Assembly: GCA_030265395.1 (NCBI GenBank)
Contig: JARFYF010000112.1
Location: forward strand, 19,150,880 to 19,214,879
DNA length: 64,000 nucleotides
Direction: 5' to 3'
Origin: Rhina ancylostomus
Lineage: Eukaryota
The notes under the pieces were generated by a model that saw only the letters and a program-made list of their open reading frames with translations, was not told where the DNA came from and made no database searches. Position 1 is the first letter of the stretch, and every line of letters starts with the position of its first letter. Shown one piece after another: positions 11,756 to 25,734 of this stretch. The position numbers and the translations under genes are program-made.

Positions 11756-14700
11756 TTAAAATATGTTCTGGCATCTGCCACAGTTGCTTCCAGTAGCAAA
11801 AGCAACATGTTAGGAGCATAAAATTTCTTCTGAATTTTCTCCTTGTCTGGAAACAGCTTTATTGCGAAGTAAATAGCTTTGAAATTCGGTCACTTTTTCC
11901 AGTGCAGGAATTACATTGCGGATTTGGGGATTATCATAATGGCACTATTCAATTGATCCAAATGTGTAGAAACAATAAAAATTCCTGATTCATCATGAGG
12001 TATTTTAATATATGCAATCTAATATGAGCTGCTATCCTTTTTATTACATATTAGTCATCAGCAGTCTATAATGCCAAATGGTATTCTGTTTGGAATTACA
12101 CCATATTTGGTGTCAATACAGCACAATGCACAGGATCTTGGGTCACCACAGTGTTTAAATAGTGTCCAGGATACTGTGGAGATCCCTCTACTCTTTTTTA
12201 AAAAAAGTGACAAGAATTCCAGCCTCTTGCTGGTACCTCCAAATCTTTTGTACCTACCTGAGAGATCAGATGTGTATCCAAATGACAAAGCATCAGTCTT
12301 TTGGCCCCGCACTGGAGTATGGCAATGATCGGAAGCTGTTATTCCTTAGAAATTCATTCCCTGTCATGCATGGCAAATGTATGTATGTAAAGGCACAATT
12401 TATTCTAACTCTGAAATTTATTCCTTTGACTTTAAAGCAATGAATTTCAAAGATAGAGTAGAATGTGTTGATGCTACTAACAACACTGCCAACAGTGGAC
12501 AAATTATGAGGGATCGGAGTTCTGTTTTTCGACAATATTGCCCCTTGTACCGAATTGCATGAATTTCACATGATGATGAACCACTTATGTCATGTTGCTA
12601 CAACAGTCAGGAACAAAGGTCCTCCAGTTTTTAACTGAGAACCCTCACACAAGGCAAGTTGTGCCAGGGATTGAGAATCAAATTATCTTGACCTTTGTGT
12701 ATTGATGGAGTGTCATTGTTTGTTAATAATGCTGCTTTGTATTCAAGTTTGAGTTGTTAGGAAACAGCCTCTTGCATTATATCACTAGTGACCCATCCCA
12801 TGGAAAGAAAACATGCAGTCAGAGAAATGGTGAGAGAGTCATTTAAGTGCCAGGTGAAAGGTCTCCTTTTAAGCTGTATGGCCTACAGCACAACAGTCTT
12901 TTTAAGTCCTAGCAATTGAGTATTAAAGTAATTTTTCCAGTAGAATAGCCTTTCAGCATTTACACAGATATTGGAAAAGCAAGCTCTACTTGTCCCAAAA
13001 TACTTGCCTCTTTCACTGTGACCCTGCTCTATGTGCAGGTTTTATTTGTTAAATTATTGTTGCATTATTTGAATTTGAGTTCAGAAGTCAAAAATAGAAC
13101 TACAGAATTGTCCTAAAATTTGTAAACCCAGTCTTTTATCTGTACCAAGTTTCATGAAGTATGTAGTGTACATATTGTGGTATGTGTCTACTTTTCATTC
13201 TGTGTATGTCCACATTAATTTCTCCTACACTACTGTGAATATATTAAAAAAATACCTTTCTCAGTTCTACGTGAGAGCTTGCACCTATTACTAAAACACT
13301 ACAGCCCAGCAGACATTAGGTTGAATAGTTTTGATTCTCTATATCTGGTGAAATGTCAAACAAAAAAATTCAAATTTTCTGATTTAGTCCAATTGTAGGC
13401 ATTCTGCATTGCTGTTATATCTGTAGAATGTTACCACATTTAGAAAGGATGTACTTTCTAGGCTAAATACCTTTTCCTCAGTATTTTATAAAATCACAAT
13501 TATCTTCAATTATGGTACTGTCATGACCTTGTATCTTGTAAATAAAGTTACAATGCAAGATGCACAAACTCTTAGAACCTTTTAATATTTTTTAAAAGTA
13601 TTTATTTAGGATGTTACTGTGTCTCCAAAATACCTGAACAGAAGAATGAGGTTCTTAAATGTCTAAACAATAGCTTAATATTGCATCCAATGTAAGTAAC
13701 TGCTTTACCTGTTTCAGACTAGCATGTCAAGTTGGATACTATGTACCACCATCCATATATCTGAATGTATTGGGCCAGGTTGTGGACCACAAATCTGATG
13801 TTATACTTTCTGCTTTGTGGGCATTTCTTTCTCCTTGGACTAGAGGGTGAAATGGAGTCCAGCATGTTAATTTTCCATGTCCATCCATCCATCCATTTCA
13901 GCATTAGTGAAAACTCCTTTATAATGGCTCAATATAGGTAATTATTAAAAAGATGGCAAAATTGTCGGCAAATGCCATTGTTACAGGATAAATCCAAAGA
14001 AACCTCTTGGAGTATTCACCTGTGCAGTTGAACACACAAATCCAGACACTACTGAATTATTACGTAGTAGGTCCATGACCAAAGTGCTCACTGGTGTGAG
14101 GTAATGGCTCCACATGCTTTTGTGTGGGCCAGTGAATTTCTGGGCAAAGCTCTTTCTGTTATGTGCTTAGTCTGTAGACATGGAATTTATTTTAACATTG
14201 TGCCAACTGATGTTGGGCTGGTGTTGACAACAATTTGGTAAAATAATGGGATTAAATGCCCTGAGGAGTGTCAGCTGGACATCATGTACTTTGGTAACAA
14301 AAGTTTTCAAATCCTAAGATTCTAACTGCCAGGTGGAAACAATATTCCAAAATATTATCCATTATAATCAAGGAGCTCTNNNNNNNNNNATTGTGAGTTC
14401 TCATGTTTCTTAGGCAAACTAACACATTGCATAAAAGCCCTGCCATTGGTAGCAGTCTTTCACAGTTAAGAGAAGTGCTTTTGAGTTACCACTACCTACC
14501 TTTTCAATGAAAAGTTTGGCTCGATCTCAAGCTTATTCAGTGGCTCATTATGGCTGCCTTTCCTGTTGAATAGACTGCTGCATTCTTTATACATTTTCCT
14601 TGGGGAGTGCACAAACCAAGAAAGCTGTCAGTTCTCTCTCCTGCTTGTGATTCAAACTGCAACTTCAGGCAATCCAACCCATCAGCTGCAAGTCTGAAAT

Positions 14701-15837
14701 GTCTGAAGATGTGAAAGCAAGAGGACATGTGAGGAAATGAACAGCACAAAGCACCGTTTGTGAATGGGGCAGTGATTCCAGGAATAATACATTTTCTTGA
14801 AATTTGGAACAAATGTTTCCTTTGAGCAATAGATATCATGTGAGTGTGAATACTGAACATCCTTGCTTGCCTGAATTCATGAGCTACCTGTGAATGATTT
14901 TTCTATATGCTGTGTTACCCATTCTTAAATTTCTGCACTCATTTATGATCCAGCACGTCTGATTGATCTGCGTCAGCCCAGTTATGTGTTAAATATAACA
15001 GTATGGCTCCATTCTTGAAATATTAAGTATGTGTTTCCATGACACAAAGTGCTGATATTACTGGACTCCAGAGAAAATCCGGCTAATACCTTTGGAATGA
15101 TGACACTGTTGCATTCTTAGCCACATCTGCAAACTTCTCAGTTTGACGAAGATCTCCTGTGCAACAGGATTCTCAGTTGGAAAACACTCAGCCACACAAA
15201 CTGCAAGATTGTCCAATCTTAATGCTGATATGATTTATAAAAATTGCAGATTGAAGTAAATAAGCCATTTGCTGGCTTTGTATCAATTTTGACATTGAGA
15301 AGATTCATGCTGTTCCTTGCAATAGCTGACCCACCTACCTTGATGCTGAGTAATTGGTGCTTGGAATATAAAAAGATAAGTGAGACTTTCAGAATGTTAT
15401 ATCATTGTTTCTTTCACTTGTAATCTGAGTGATATTTCCAGCATTGACAATTCTCTTACCAGAATGGAGGTTGTATAGGCTATTAAAACAAGGTTCCTTG
15501 ATGTTAATATGGATGTACTGTATGTAGAGTTGGAAAGAATACATGCACTCTGTATAATGATGCTTCCATTTCAAACATAACACAAACATTTTCCTTCCTC
15601 AACTAATCCTTTTATATTTGTTTAAAAAAAATCAAAGCTCAAATTTTATTTTGGGAATCTGAATTCTTCTGCTCTCAAGGCTGAAGAAATGTAGAGGACA
15701 CACAGACACAATTTTATTTTTGAAAATGCATATTCTTTCATAAATGCAGTGATGCATAGAAGTTCATTCTTTGCTGCAGAACTCGTATTTTCAGTGTGAG
15801 AGCTGTCCAGAGAAAACAAGGACACACGAATCTGCCA

Positions 15838-15850
15838 GTTACCTGGCAAC
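15838..15850. promoter_or_regulatory. RFX X-box-like motif
   Basis: GTTACCTGGCAAC matches the RFX palindromic consensus, in apparently unique DNA. Confidence 0.3.
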
Positions 15851-16689
15851 TGCAATGTCTTCATGCTTCCACCTAACTCATTTTGACAGAAGTAAGGGCA
15901 AACTCCTTTAGAATACTGCTTGTAACAAAGTTTACTGGCAGTAGCTGGTTACCTGTTTGATTCTGTGTGTTGGAAGACAAATATATCTGGAATGTCTTGC
16001 AGTGAAGAACTTGTCTCATCAAGATAAACTGAAGTTATACATCAAAGCTGTTTTACATTCTAATTTTAGAGTCAGCAAAATGTGTTCAATCTACAAGAGC
16101 AGGGAAGGAGATGGGCACAAATTTCTGCCTCTTGGATTCAGTTATGTTAGTGGCTTCCTTGACACTTGTGTTCAGGTATTCATCCAGTCCTCCCAATACT
16201 CAGATTTAGTTCCCAGAAACAAATTTCTGAAATCAATAGGAAGCTGAAGAAATGAGTTGATTTCCCCTTCCATACCATGACATTTCCTGTATGTGCTTGA
16301 ATAGTTTTCTGTATTACTTAATAGTGCACATTGTGAGATAAGGAGGAAATGATTGTCACTACAGCCTTGTTCTTAGTGGTTTCAATAAATTACCCTGAGA
16401 AATTAGTCTTGTATTAAGGAGAGGTTTGCAAGGCTGTAAATTAAGCAAAAGATTCACAAGTGATGGAAAAATATTGTGGTATCTTTCTCATTCTCTGAGC
16501 TTTGAATTCACTGCATCAAAACTCCATCGTACTCTGAATTAGGGATTTGGGTTCAAAACATTACTAGTAGATTGTGCTTCCTGTTTGGGAAAAGTGGTTT
16601 GCATATTGTACTGCTGCCACATAGTCTGGAGGACTGATTACATCCTTTTTTTCCCAGCTGACGTGGCTTGTGCGGGTAATTCAGTTGGT

Positions 16690-17893
16690 GGTATTGGTTT
16701 ATTATTGTCACTTGCATCGAGGTACAGTGAAAAACTTGTCTTGCATACCATTTGTACAGATCAATTCATTACACGGTGCATTGAGGTAGCACGGTAAAAA
16801 CAATAACAGAATAAGTGTCACAGCTACAGGGAAGTGCATTGCAAGTAGACAATAAGGTGCAAGGTCAACAAGTCCATCTCATTGTATAAGGGAACCATTC
16901 AATAGACTTAACACAGTGTGATAGAAGCTGTCCTTGAACCTGGTGGTATGTGCCCTCAGGCTCCTGTATCTTCTGCCTGATAAGAGAGAAGAGAAAATGA
17001 CCTGGATGGGTCGTGTCTTTGATAATGCTGGCTGCTTCTCCAAGGCAGCAAGAGGTATAGACAGAATCCATGGAGAGGAGGCTGTTGGGCTGTGTCCACA
17101 CTCTGCAGTCCTGGGCAGAGCAGTTGTCATACCAAGCCATGATGCATCCAGATAGGATGCTTTCTGTGGTGCCTTGATTTAAATATTGATGAGTGTCAAA
17201 GGGGACATACCAAATTTCTTCAGCCTCCTGAGGAAGTAGAGGCTCTGATGAGCTTTCTTGGCCGTCACGTCTCTGTGGTTGGACCAGGACAGGCTACTGG
17301 TGATGTTCACTCCTAGGAACTTGAAGCTCTCAACCCTCTCAACCTCAGCACCATTGATGTAGAGAGGTGCATGTACACGGACCCATTTTCCTGAAGTCAA
17401 TAACCAGCTTTTTTGATTTGCTGACATTAAGGGAACAGTTGTTGTCATTGACACCATGTCACTAAGCTCTCTATTTCCTTCCTGTAATCTGACTCATCAT
17501 TATTTGAGATAGTCTACTACAGTGTTATTATCTACAAACTTGTAGATGGAGTTAGAGCAGAATCTGGCCATGCAGTCATGAGTATATAGGATCCAGTTAC
17601 AGTAGGAGGTGTTGAGTTCCAGGTTTCGGAGTTTGGTGATGAGTTTGCTTGGAATTATAGTATTGAAGGAGGAGGTGTAGTCAATAAACATTAGTCTAAC
17701 ATAGGTGTCTTTACTGTCCAGATGTTCCAGAGATGAGTGTAGAGCCAGGGAGATGGCATCCACTGTAGACCTGGTTATGGCGGTAGGCGAATTGCAGTGG
17801 ATCGAGGTTGTCGGGGAGGCTGGAGTTTATGCGTGCCATAACCAGCTTCTCAAAGCACTTCATGATGGTGGATGTCAGAGCCACTGGTCGGTG
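16690..17893 (-). mobile_element. Rex1/Babar-clade LINE, 5'-truncated, frameshifted RT
   Basis: [27 protein letters not shown]; [30 protein letters not shown]; INGAEVERVESFKFLGVNI..KKAHQSLYFLRRLKKFG; SGRRYRSLRAHTTRFKDSFY; 3' UTR ending ...acaataataaaccaatacc. Confidence 0.93.
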
Positions 17894-18419
17894 GAGGATT
17901 TTCATTATATTCTAACTCCGCTGTTTCTATTTTTCCTAAATCTAGTAGCTGAACATTAGAGAAGTAGAGACCTCATTTAAATAGTTGTCTTGTGTCCCAG
18001 TGATTACACTGGAATACAGTTGCCATTTTAATCACAGGCTCAATCGATGGACAGCCCAGTCTGCAGATCAGAATTTTGGCATGCCTTTAAATGCCCACCT
18101 TGTACTTTTTGGGGAAAACAACATCCTACTGAGGAGGAGGAAGAGTTAAAATCACTGCGGCCTTGAGCTGGAGAAAAATGAATGCTTTGCTGTCAGTTTG
18201 AACAATCAGCTTCAATCGAGTTAAAATCAGTCCTGATTGATTTTAAATGTCTTTTCACTTTTACTAGAGCAAAGACCAGGTCACTTGTGCTCCCTTCACT
18301 GTCCCATGGACTGAGTTATTCAAATGTAGCCCTGTTCTTGTCCATTTCCAAAGGGTTAAAGTGTCGACACAGTTTTCAGAGGATGAGATCTATTACAGAA
18401 TTTTGACACAATCCTCCCG

Positions 18420-18602
18420 TACCACAAGCCAGCCCAAAGACACATTCACAATACACAATCAGGAGAGCAGTGTCTTTACAATTCTATGATCCCAAAACAC
18501 TGGGGTAAGAAACTTTTTTCATTTGGGGTCTGTGGGGGGGGGGGAGTGGGATGGTTAGGGTCAGATTGACAAGATAATCATTTTTGAAGCCCACTCACTT
18601 CA
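18420..18602 (+). repeat. Direct repeat copy A (~180 bp)
   Basis: Aligns with 19862-20036 (attcacaatacacaatcag..ctatgatcccaaaacactgggg..ttttttcatttgggg..tcagattgacaag.taatcatttt.gaag), offset about 1442 bp. Confidence 0.9.
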
Positions 18603-18881
18603 ATGTGTCACATTTAATCATACCTAGCCAGATATGTATGTTTGCAGTGATGTCTGAGTGCCTGATCACTGAGGTTCACATATGGCTTAGTCTCCCTTCA
18701 GACACCTGCCAGCAAACATTACCCTGACGATTGTGACTTCTTTCACAGTGCCGGGAATTGTGACCTTGTGGTTTTAACTGATCGACAGCACAGTGTGATC
18801 GAGCCACCTCTTTCCCCTTTACATATTCACTGTTTCACAACTAAGCCTATAATTCATAAGTTTTATTCCACTGTGCCTGAC

Positions 18882-18920
18882 TGCGCGCACGCACACAGAC
18901 ACACACACACACACACACAC
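18882..18920 (+). repeat. (CG/CA)n alternating purine-pyrimidine microsatellite
   Basis: tgcgcgcacgcacacagac(ac)n seen directly. Confidence 0.95.
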
Positions 18921-19861
18921 CCCTACATAACATTCAAAACTCATTGAGAATAGCATGTGCTGAAAACTCCAAAATTTGGGTGTGAGCTCCAAATCTAGAG
19001 GCCTCAGATCCCCCCTGCTGCAGAACCGACCCTGATGGTGCCCAGGGATCTGGAGCCTGCCCCTCTCTGCCTCCATCTTGTACCGTCACTCCATGCCGCA
19101 GGTTTCCCTGTGATGTCTTCCCATTTCTGGACCCACAGCACACAGAGTCAGCCCAGCAGTGAGCAGAGGAACAGAGGCCGCTGTTAACTTGGTACATATA
19201 AAAGTCAGGCAAGAGAACAAACTGAACTGTTTTTAAAAAAAGGAAAACTGTCTGATGCCCTGTGGAGAGACACAGTTTACGGCTCGAATCTTTAAAATCC
19301 GGGGCAGTCAGTCACTGAGGGAACCACAACCACTGGACAATTGTAATTGCACAGAAAAGAAAGGGATGTGAATGGCTGTATCTCATCCTTCAGCTGGAAA
19401 CGCTGGCAAGCACACCCATTGTTGCTTTTTACCATTACTTGTCGATTGGAATTTCTTGTCACCTTTCCAAAAGATTTCTACCCGATTTTGCGAAATTTAC
19501 ATGCAAGCTAAACTTTCCAACAGCACTACACCTCTGCAGGACGCAAGAGCTACAGTCAGATTACACAGAATTCTTCCCCCTTCCTTTCCTTGGATTAACG
19601 GTCCAAGTTCCAATTAGTACCTGAAGCAATCTTTGCAGAGGTGTGACCCTGTGAGGAGCCGAGAGACTTCTCAGAACAACTAGAAAATTGAACACAAAGC
19701 CACAGTGTTACAAAGCAACTGTCACAAAACTTTGCTCACCTGGCCTTGTCCTTCCCTGCTGCCTGTCTCCCTTGGCTGTAAACTTGTCCCGTGATGAATC
19801 CAAAAAGGGTGCCTTGCGACGACTTCTTGCACCTTGCCGCACCCACACCCCACAGCTAACT

Positions 19862-20036
19862 GCACCACCAGCCGCCCACAGACTTATTCACAATACACAA
19901 TCAGCAGAGTGGTGTCTTTCCCATTCTATGATCCCAAAACACTGGGGCAAGAGTTTTTTCATTTGGGGGGGGGGTGGGGGGAGTGGGAATGGTTAGCATC
20001 AGATTGACAAGGTAATCATTTTCGAAGGCCACTTCG
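19862..20036 (+). repeat. Direct repeat copy B
   Basis: See copy A; similarity ends where a CR1 fragment begins. Confidence 0.9.
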
Positions 20037-20037
20037 A

Positions 20038-20135
20038 AATAGATAGACAGCCAGGGCCTCTTTCCCAGGGCACCAATGCTCAATATAAGAGGGCATGGCT
20101 TTAAAGTAATGGGTGGGAAGTTCAAGGGAGATATC
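20038..20135 (+). mobile_element. CR1 LINE fragment running into a gap
   Basis: DSQGLFPRAPMLNIRGHGFKVMGGKFKGDI, matching the CR1 LFP...TRGH..K motif. Confidence 0.85.
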
Positions 20136-23029
20136 NNNNNNNNNNNNNNNNNNNNNNNNNNNNNNNNNNNNNNNNNNNNNNNNNNNNNNNNNNNNNNNNN
20201 NNNNNNNNNNNNNNNNNNNNNNNNNNNNNNNNNNNTTCATGAATTTTTTTAAAAAATAAAAAGTAATGTAAGGAGATTCTACTGGAAGATGCTTGGTTTC
20301 TGTGGTATCCCAGTGAAGTATCTAGTGGGCATGTGCCATTAGCCATTGGCATCAATTTCGCACTGGAGTTCTTAACGAAAGGGATCATGAGATCTGACAG
20401 TACCTACAAATGAATTTCTCAATGTCTGTTAAATACTTAATAATGAACTGACCAGTGCCGTATATGATGGAACCTTTGAAATAGTGAATCTATTTGCAGT
20501 GTCTGTGTAGTTTTAGATAGCATTGGGAAATACTGAACCCAACTGTTTTTGGGTGTCTCCAATCGGTGTTGGTGCTGGCAACAGCATAAGCTCTGCAATT
20601 TCCTGCCTAACTAACACACAGAAATATCTTCACCTCACGTTGTTCAGCTGTGACATTTCTTAAATTCCACTTCTTTGATTCAGCTTTTGGTCTTCTGTCC
20701 TGCTTCTGCTTTACATGGATTGGTATAAGTTTTTTTGATAGTGCTCCTTTGAAGTGGCTTGAAACATTTTACTACTTCCTGGGTGCTGCATGAATGGTAT
20801 TTGTTGCACTTTGTGTAGTACACATGGCATTATGGAGTTACTAATGCAATTAAAATATAAGCACAGAATTTCTGTGCCATCTAACACTAAATATGATAAA
20901 CGTTAAAATATTAATGTGGTTGTAAATGAGAATAGGAGTTACTGTTACTTGCTGCACAGTGGGAGAGCTTGTATCTGTTTTATCTGTTAAACCTATGGTT
21001 AAAATGAACAGGTTCCAAATTCATTCAGTAGTGCTGATATATCAAGTGGTCTGTGGGAATCTCAAAGGGATCATAAAGTGATACATGAGCACTTGCTGTA
21101 CATTGGAATGCTTAAAAATCTGGATAAGGATGTAGAAGAATGGATCTTTTGAAAGTAATGCTTTAACCCTGTTGGACTACCTACTGATTGCATCAATTAA
21201 AGATTGCTGCTTAATGACATTTAAAATTCTGAACCTCTCCATTAATACATGTTGCATCCTTGGAAAGCATCCCGCTAAAGCAAATGGGCTTAACAGCTCG
21301 GCCTCGTAATGTAGGTTCAAAAAGCCTAGAGGGAATTGTGAAATAATAGAAAAAGTGCTATATTAAAACCAGATATGTAGAACTGTCTGAAGCAGTTTCT
21401 TCAGCCCAAGCTGAAGCAAAGCCTGAGGAGCAGCAGATGGATAAGGTAGGGAAGACTATTGAATATAGTACTCTTCATTTATTTTTGAGGATGATTTGTC
21501 TCCCAGGACGTTGAAGAGACATCATGACTGATTTACTTTCTGGAATTCCTTCTCTCTATTTAGCTGTAGTAGTGGTTTCTCTTTAGTTACATGGATCACA
21601 AAGCTAGTGCATTGGTAATTGTGTCTTGTCCTATTCCCAAAAGATTAAAAATAACTTTTCAGTGTTGAGGTAGTTTCTTATGTTAACTGTGAAGTACTAG
21701 ATTATTTTTTTCAGGAAAATGAGTGGGAAAGTGTAGAGATTCAGATACCAAGCTCAGCTGCTCACCCTTAGCAAGTTGTGTCCTGCTAATTCTGATTTGG
21801 ACCATCCCACCCAGGATAGATCCTGGCACATAGAAGGGTACTTACTCTGAAGGATACAGAGGCAGGGACACTGTCTCAGTTGACATCCCTGTCCAAACTG
21901 CCAGGTTAAATTTTGGCAGACATGGCACAGCATTTGTGAATTTGCTCACACTACAATGCTGAGACATTTTGGAAGATGTAGGGAGACAATGGAATGAAGC
22001 AGATAGTTCAGACGTTTCCTAATTACAGCTATACACTAGATGAATGGAATGACTTCGATTTCTAAACCTCCTGATTTCAATAATTGAGTGTGGCAGGCTT
22101 TTGTTTTGACAGCAAGTGGTGTAATTTTATTAGTTGGTTGGAAGTATTAATTTGTAGCTTAAGAGACTGGGTAAGTTTTATTATTCCAGTATCCACAGAA
22201 AATGTATTTTTTTTGTGATGTAGTGTGTTTGGTTGTTTTTTTTTAACTGTGCCTGCAGANNNNNNNNNNNNNNNNNNNNNNNNNNNNNNNNNNNNNNNNN
22301 NNNNNNNNNNNNNNNNNNNNNNNNNNNNNNNNNNNNNNNNNNNNNNNNNNNNNNNNNNNTCAGACTGAAAAACCTCACTGAAATGAACCAGTGGAGGGGG
22401 GGAAAAAAGAGAAGTATTAAGTTATCAGTAGAGTGTCTCTCGTAATGTTATATTGGGTACTGATAAGTAACAAAGTAAATGAATGCAGTTGGGGAATCAT
22501 TGCCACAATAGGTCTTCACATATAGCGTCTGCACAGCAGTCTAATAGTTTCTTGTGAAACTGCCTTTTGCATTGCCTTTCCAAATTTAGGCTCTCAGTCT
22601 AGCTGAGAGTGTCACATAGCTGAAATTTTAAAAATCAGTTGTATGCAATAACTCTCTCTTGGAACTGCCCTTCTATGAGCTGCGGAGAGGTTTTGGTTAC
22701 ATTGCTTGTAACTATGCTCTGCTGACTCTTGATGGAGAAAAAGGGAAAAATCTCATCTCACCTCTTCCAGTAAACTGCAAGGATAGACACCCCATATATA
22801 CAGGGGGGAGGGGATCTGAGGCTTGTCCCACCCCTGACTGGTAAGGAGTACTGGGAAGGGAGTATCTAGTGCTCCTTAAATTGGCAAATAGTGAGCTAAT
22901 TAGGTAGCTATGCATAAATTGCTGGTGGCAGTCCAGTCATTGATCATCTGTGTTCAATGGGCTCACTTAGATTTTTAAATTGTAATCTGGGATGGCATTG
23001 TTCATTATAGAAAGGATCATCTCAGTGTC

Positions 23030-23250
23030 TAATTCTGTAAGGAGTTTGTACATTCTCCCCATGTCTACATGGGTTTCCTCCCACATTCCAAAGATGTATG
23101 GGTTAGGAAGTTGCGGGCATGCCATGTTGGCGCCGGAAGCGTGGCGACAGTTACGGGCTGGCCCCCAGAGCACTCTACGCAAAAAAAAAGATGCATTTCA
23201 CTATGTGTATTGATGTGCATGTGACTAATAAAAACAAAAGATCTTATTCA
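23030..23250 (+). mobile_element. V-domain SINE with Rex-like 3' tail
   Basis: tgtaaggagtttgtacattctccccatgtctacatgggtttcctcccacattccaaag...gcatttcactatgtgtattgatgtgcatgtgactaataaa; retains CpGs, so relatively young. Confidence 0.75.
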
Positions 23251-24399
23251 GACCCACTCTTCAGTGGGTAATTTTGCTGAGTTGCTATGTAAAGTGATGA
23301 TGGAGCTGTGAGGGCAATGACCTTTCCGATTCAACTCATCCCTAATGTTCTGGCCTGTAACTCCCTGTTGCAATCGAGAAAACTCCACAAACACAGTTAA
23401 TTAAACTGTGATGGCATTGTCACGTGAGATCAGTCTGCCTTGCAGCTTACGTGAAGTAATGTTAGTTCAGCAGCAAATGTAGTTTCAGGACTGTGGGTGC
23501 TGAGCTGTAATTGAAACCTGAGATGTGGATGTGCATTCAGTTTATTTTGTCTTGGAGTGGCTGAATTCACAGACAATGTTACAATACAATAAATTACCTC
23601 AGTGACCATACCTCCATGCTATTACTGTTTTCACACCAGACAGTTTGGGTACCTCAAGTCCACTCCAATGACATGATATGTATTCCATTTTCTAACAGCC
23701 CTCTGACAAAAGAAAAAAAGACTTAGCTGTAGAGGTTTTAGTATAGATAAGTAATGGCAACACTTTTTAAGATGACCAAGAAGATATTTCTTTCACGATC
23801 CTGGTATTAGTGGGAGATTAAGGTTTTGATTGTTCTAAACATTTTAAGGGGAATTTGTTACATAGCCCTAAATATTCTAAAGAGTGCCGTCTGTATTCTA
23901 GGTCATTTCTTTTCACAGCGATTTATACTGTCAAATTTCTCGGAGCAGGATGTATAATTCCCCAGCTTTCATGAGGGGAAAATGCTGGTCCCTCCTGACC
24001 AACCTCTGGATTTCACCGGCCCAACAGATGAAGGGGTTCTGTAAATGTGACACACATTGAACAAAGCCTTGACTTCATCAGTGTGTAGTAACTGAAGTGA
24101 AATCTGTAAATACCTATTTAATTTTGTGAAATATCTGCCCTGGTTTTGATGGTCCTTGCAACCACCAAGAAAGCAGCCCAGGAAGGAGAATTTCATGATA
24201 TCTGTCAGAGGGGACTTTCTCTGTAAAATGTTCATTTCCAGCTGCAAGTATTGGGAACAACTGTCAGATTATGCCTATGTGGAAAATACAAGCATGTACA
24301 GTAATATTCTTAAAGCTAACTGGTTTAAAAGGGGAAATATATTTTAAGAACAATGGTTCTTCCTTGGCCCTGCCTGACATGAGATTCATATTTTATGTT

Positions 24400-24730
24400 C
24401 ATTCATGCAATGTTGATGTAGCTGGAAACACCAGTATTTATTATTCATCCCTAATTGCCCCTGTCTTGTGGAGGCTGTGAAGAGTCAAGCAGATCTGAAG
24501 TCGCATGAAGACCAGCACAGGTAAGGATGGCAGACTTCCTCTCTTGAAGAACATTAGCGAACCAGATGGGTTTTTATGACAAATCAGTTGCTTTATGGTT
24601 GGTTATCACTACTGAAGCTAACTTTTTAACACCAGATTTATTTAATCGTTTGTATTTAAATTCCCCAGTTGTCAAGGTGGGACATGAGCTCATGTCCTGT
24701 AAGTTAACTGTGATGCTACCTTTACCACTT
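24400..24730 (-). mobile_element. tRNA-derived SINE (same family as 3610-3935)
   Basis: ggtaaggatggcagacttcctctcttgaagaacattagcgaaccagatgggttttt..., with the tail ccagtatttattattcatccctaattgccc. Confidence 0.7.
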
Positions 24731-25734
24731 GTGGTGTGGTATGTGCTCCTATAATAGTCAAACATTAGTAAATAATAGGGTTGAATCTGAATCTGAATCT
24801 CCTCCTGGTTGGAGTCCTGGTTTTCTTTCATCCCACAATCAAGGTAATTTTTTTCTTCTTCTGCACTTGTCCACTGCACAAGAGCTGGTTCCTTTCACTT
24901 TGATACCTGTATATCAAAGACAGGAGAGGTTTCACAGGTTCATATTTGCCCTTCTGGGATAGGGAGGCTGAGTGCGGCCAGAGCTGTTATACATTGATGC
25001 GGTCATTCATTGTTCAAGTGTGTCATCCTGTCTCTGCTTATTTTTTAAAAAAACCTTTTGAGATCGCCAGATAGGCAGCAACAGGAATATCACATTGGCA
25101 TAGCAGTATGATGTCTTAATATTGCAGAAACCACTGGTTTTAACAAGAGATAAACCAATAACAGGAACCTCTTTGTCTTCAGTGCATAATAAGGGCAACC
25201 TGATATAATCTGTACCAAAATTTGCAGGCTAGTTTATTATGTGATAGTGTTTACGGGTTTTGGAAACATGAAGAAGGATCATGCTGTTTCTGGTGACAAA
25301 GCCCAAGACCTGTCTCTGCTTTTTGAGCTACATTCAGTATGCTGACACCATTGTCTGGATTCTGCTTTTCTCAGTGTCAGGGGGAAAGATGTGTGGGCCT
25401 GACTTTCCAACTCCATTGATATTTCTACCTGTTAGATTCTGAAAATGATTGCTCTAAACCTTAACTTTGTTAACTTTTAATCTGAGATTATAAATCCAGT
25501 TCAGGGTAACCCGTGGAATCTTTTCCACAATACTTCCCTTGGCACAGATGTTGGTGTGCTTTTAAAAGGTTCTAGGCACTGGGATCTGGCCAAAGAGGAG
25601 CAGGCTGATGTCAAGTCAACATTCCTTTCCCAACCACTGTAAACAAATGATCTGGTGATTTTTGACATTTGCTATTGGGGGAATACACAAATTACCTTCC
25701 ACTTTTAACTTTCATCACATCACGAGGTGCATTT

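Noticed and set aside
21666-21690. TGAGGTAGTTTC resembling let-7/miR-196 5' ends
   Set aside because: Match is only 9-10 nt and there is no pre-miRNA hairpin.
23919-24060. Good splice acceptor (tttcttttcacag) followed by CpG-containing sequence
   Set aside because: Two frames stop early, the third gives no recognisable peptide, and there is no strong donor.
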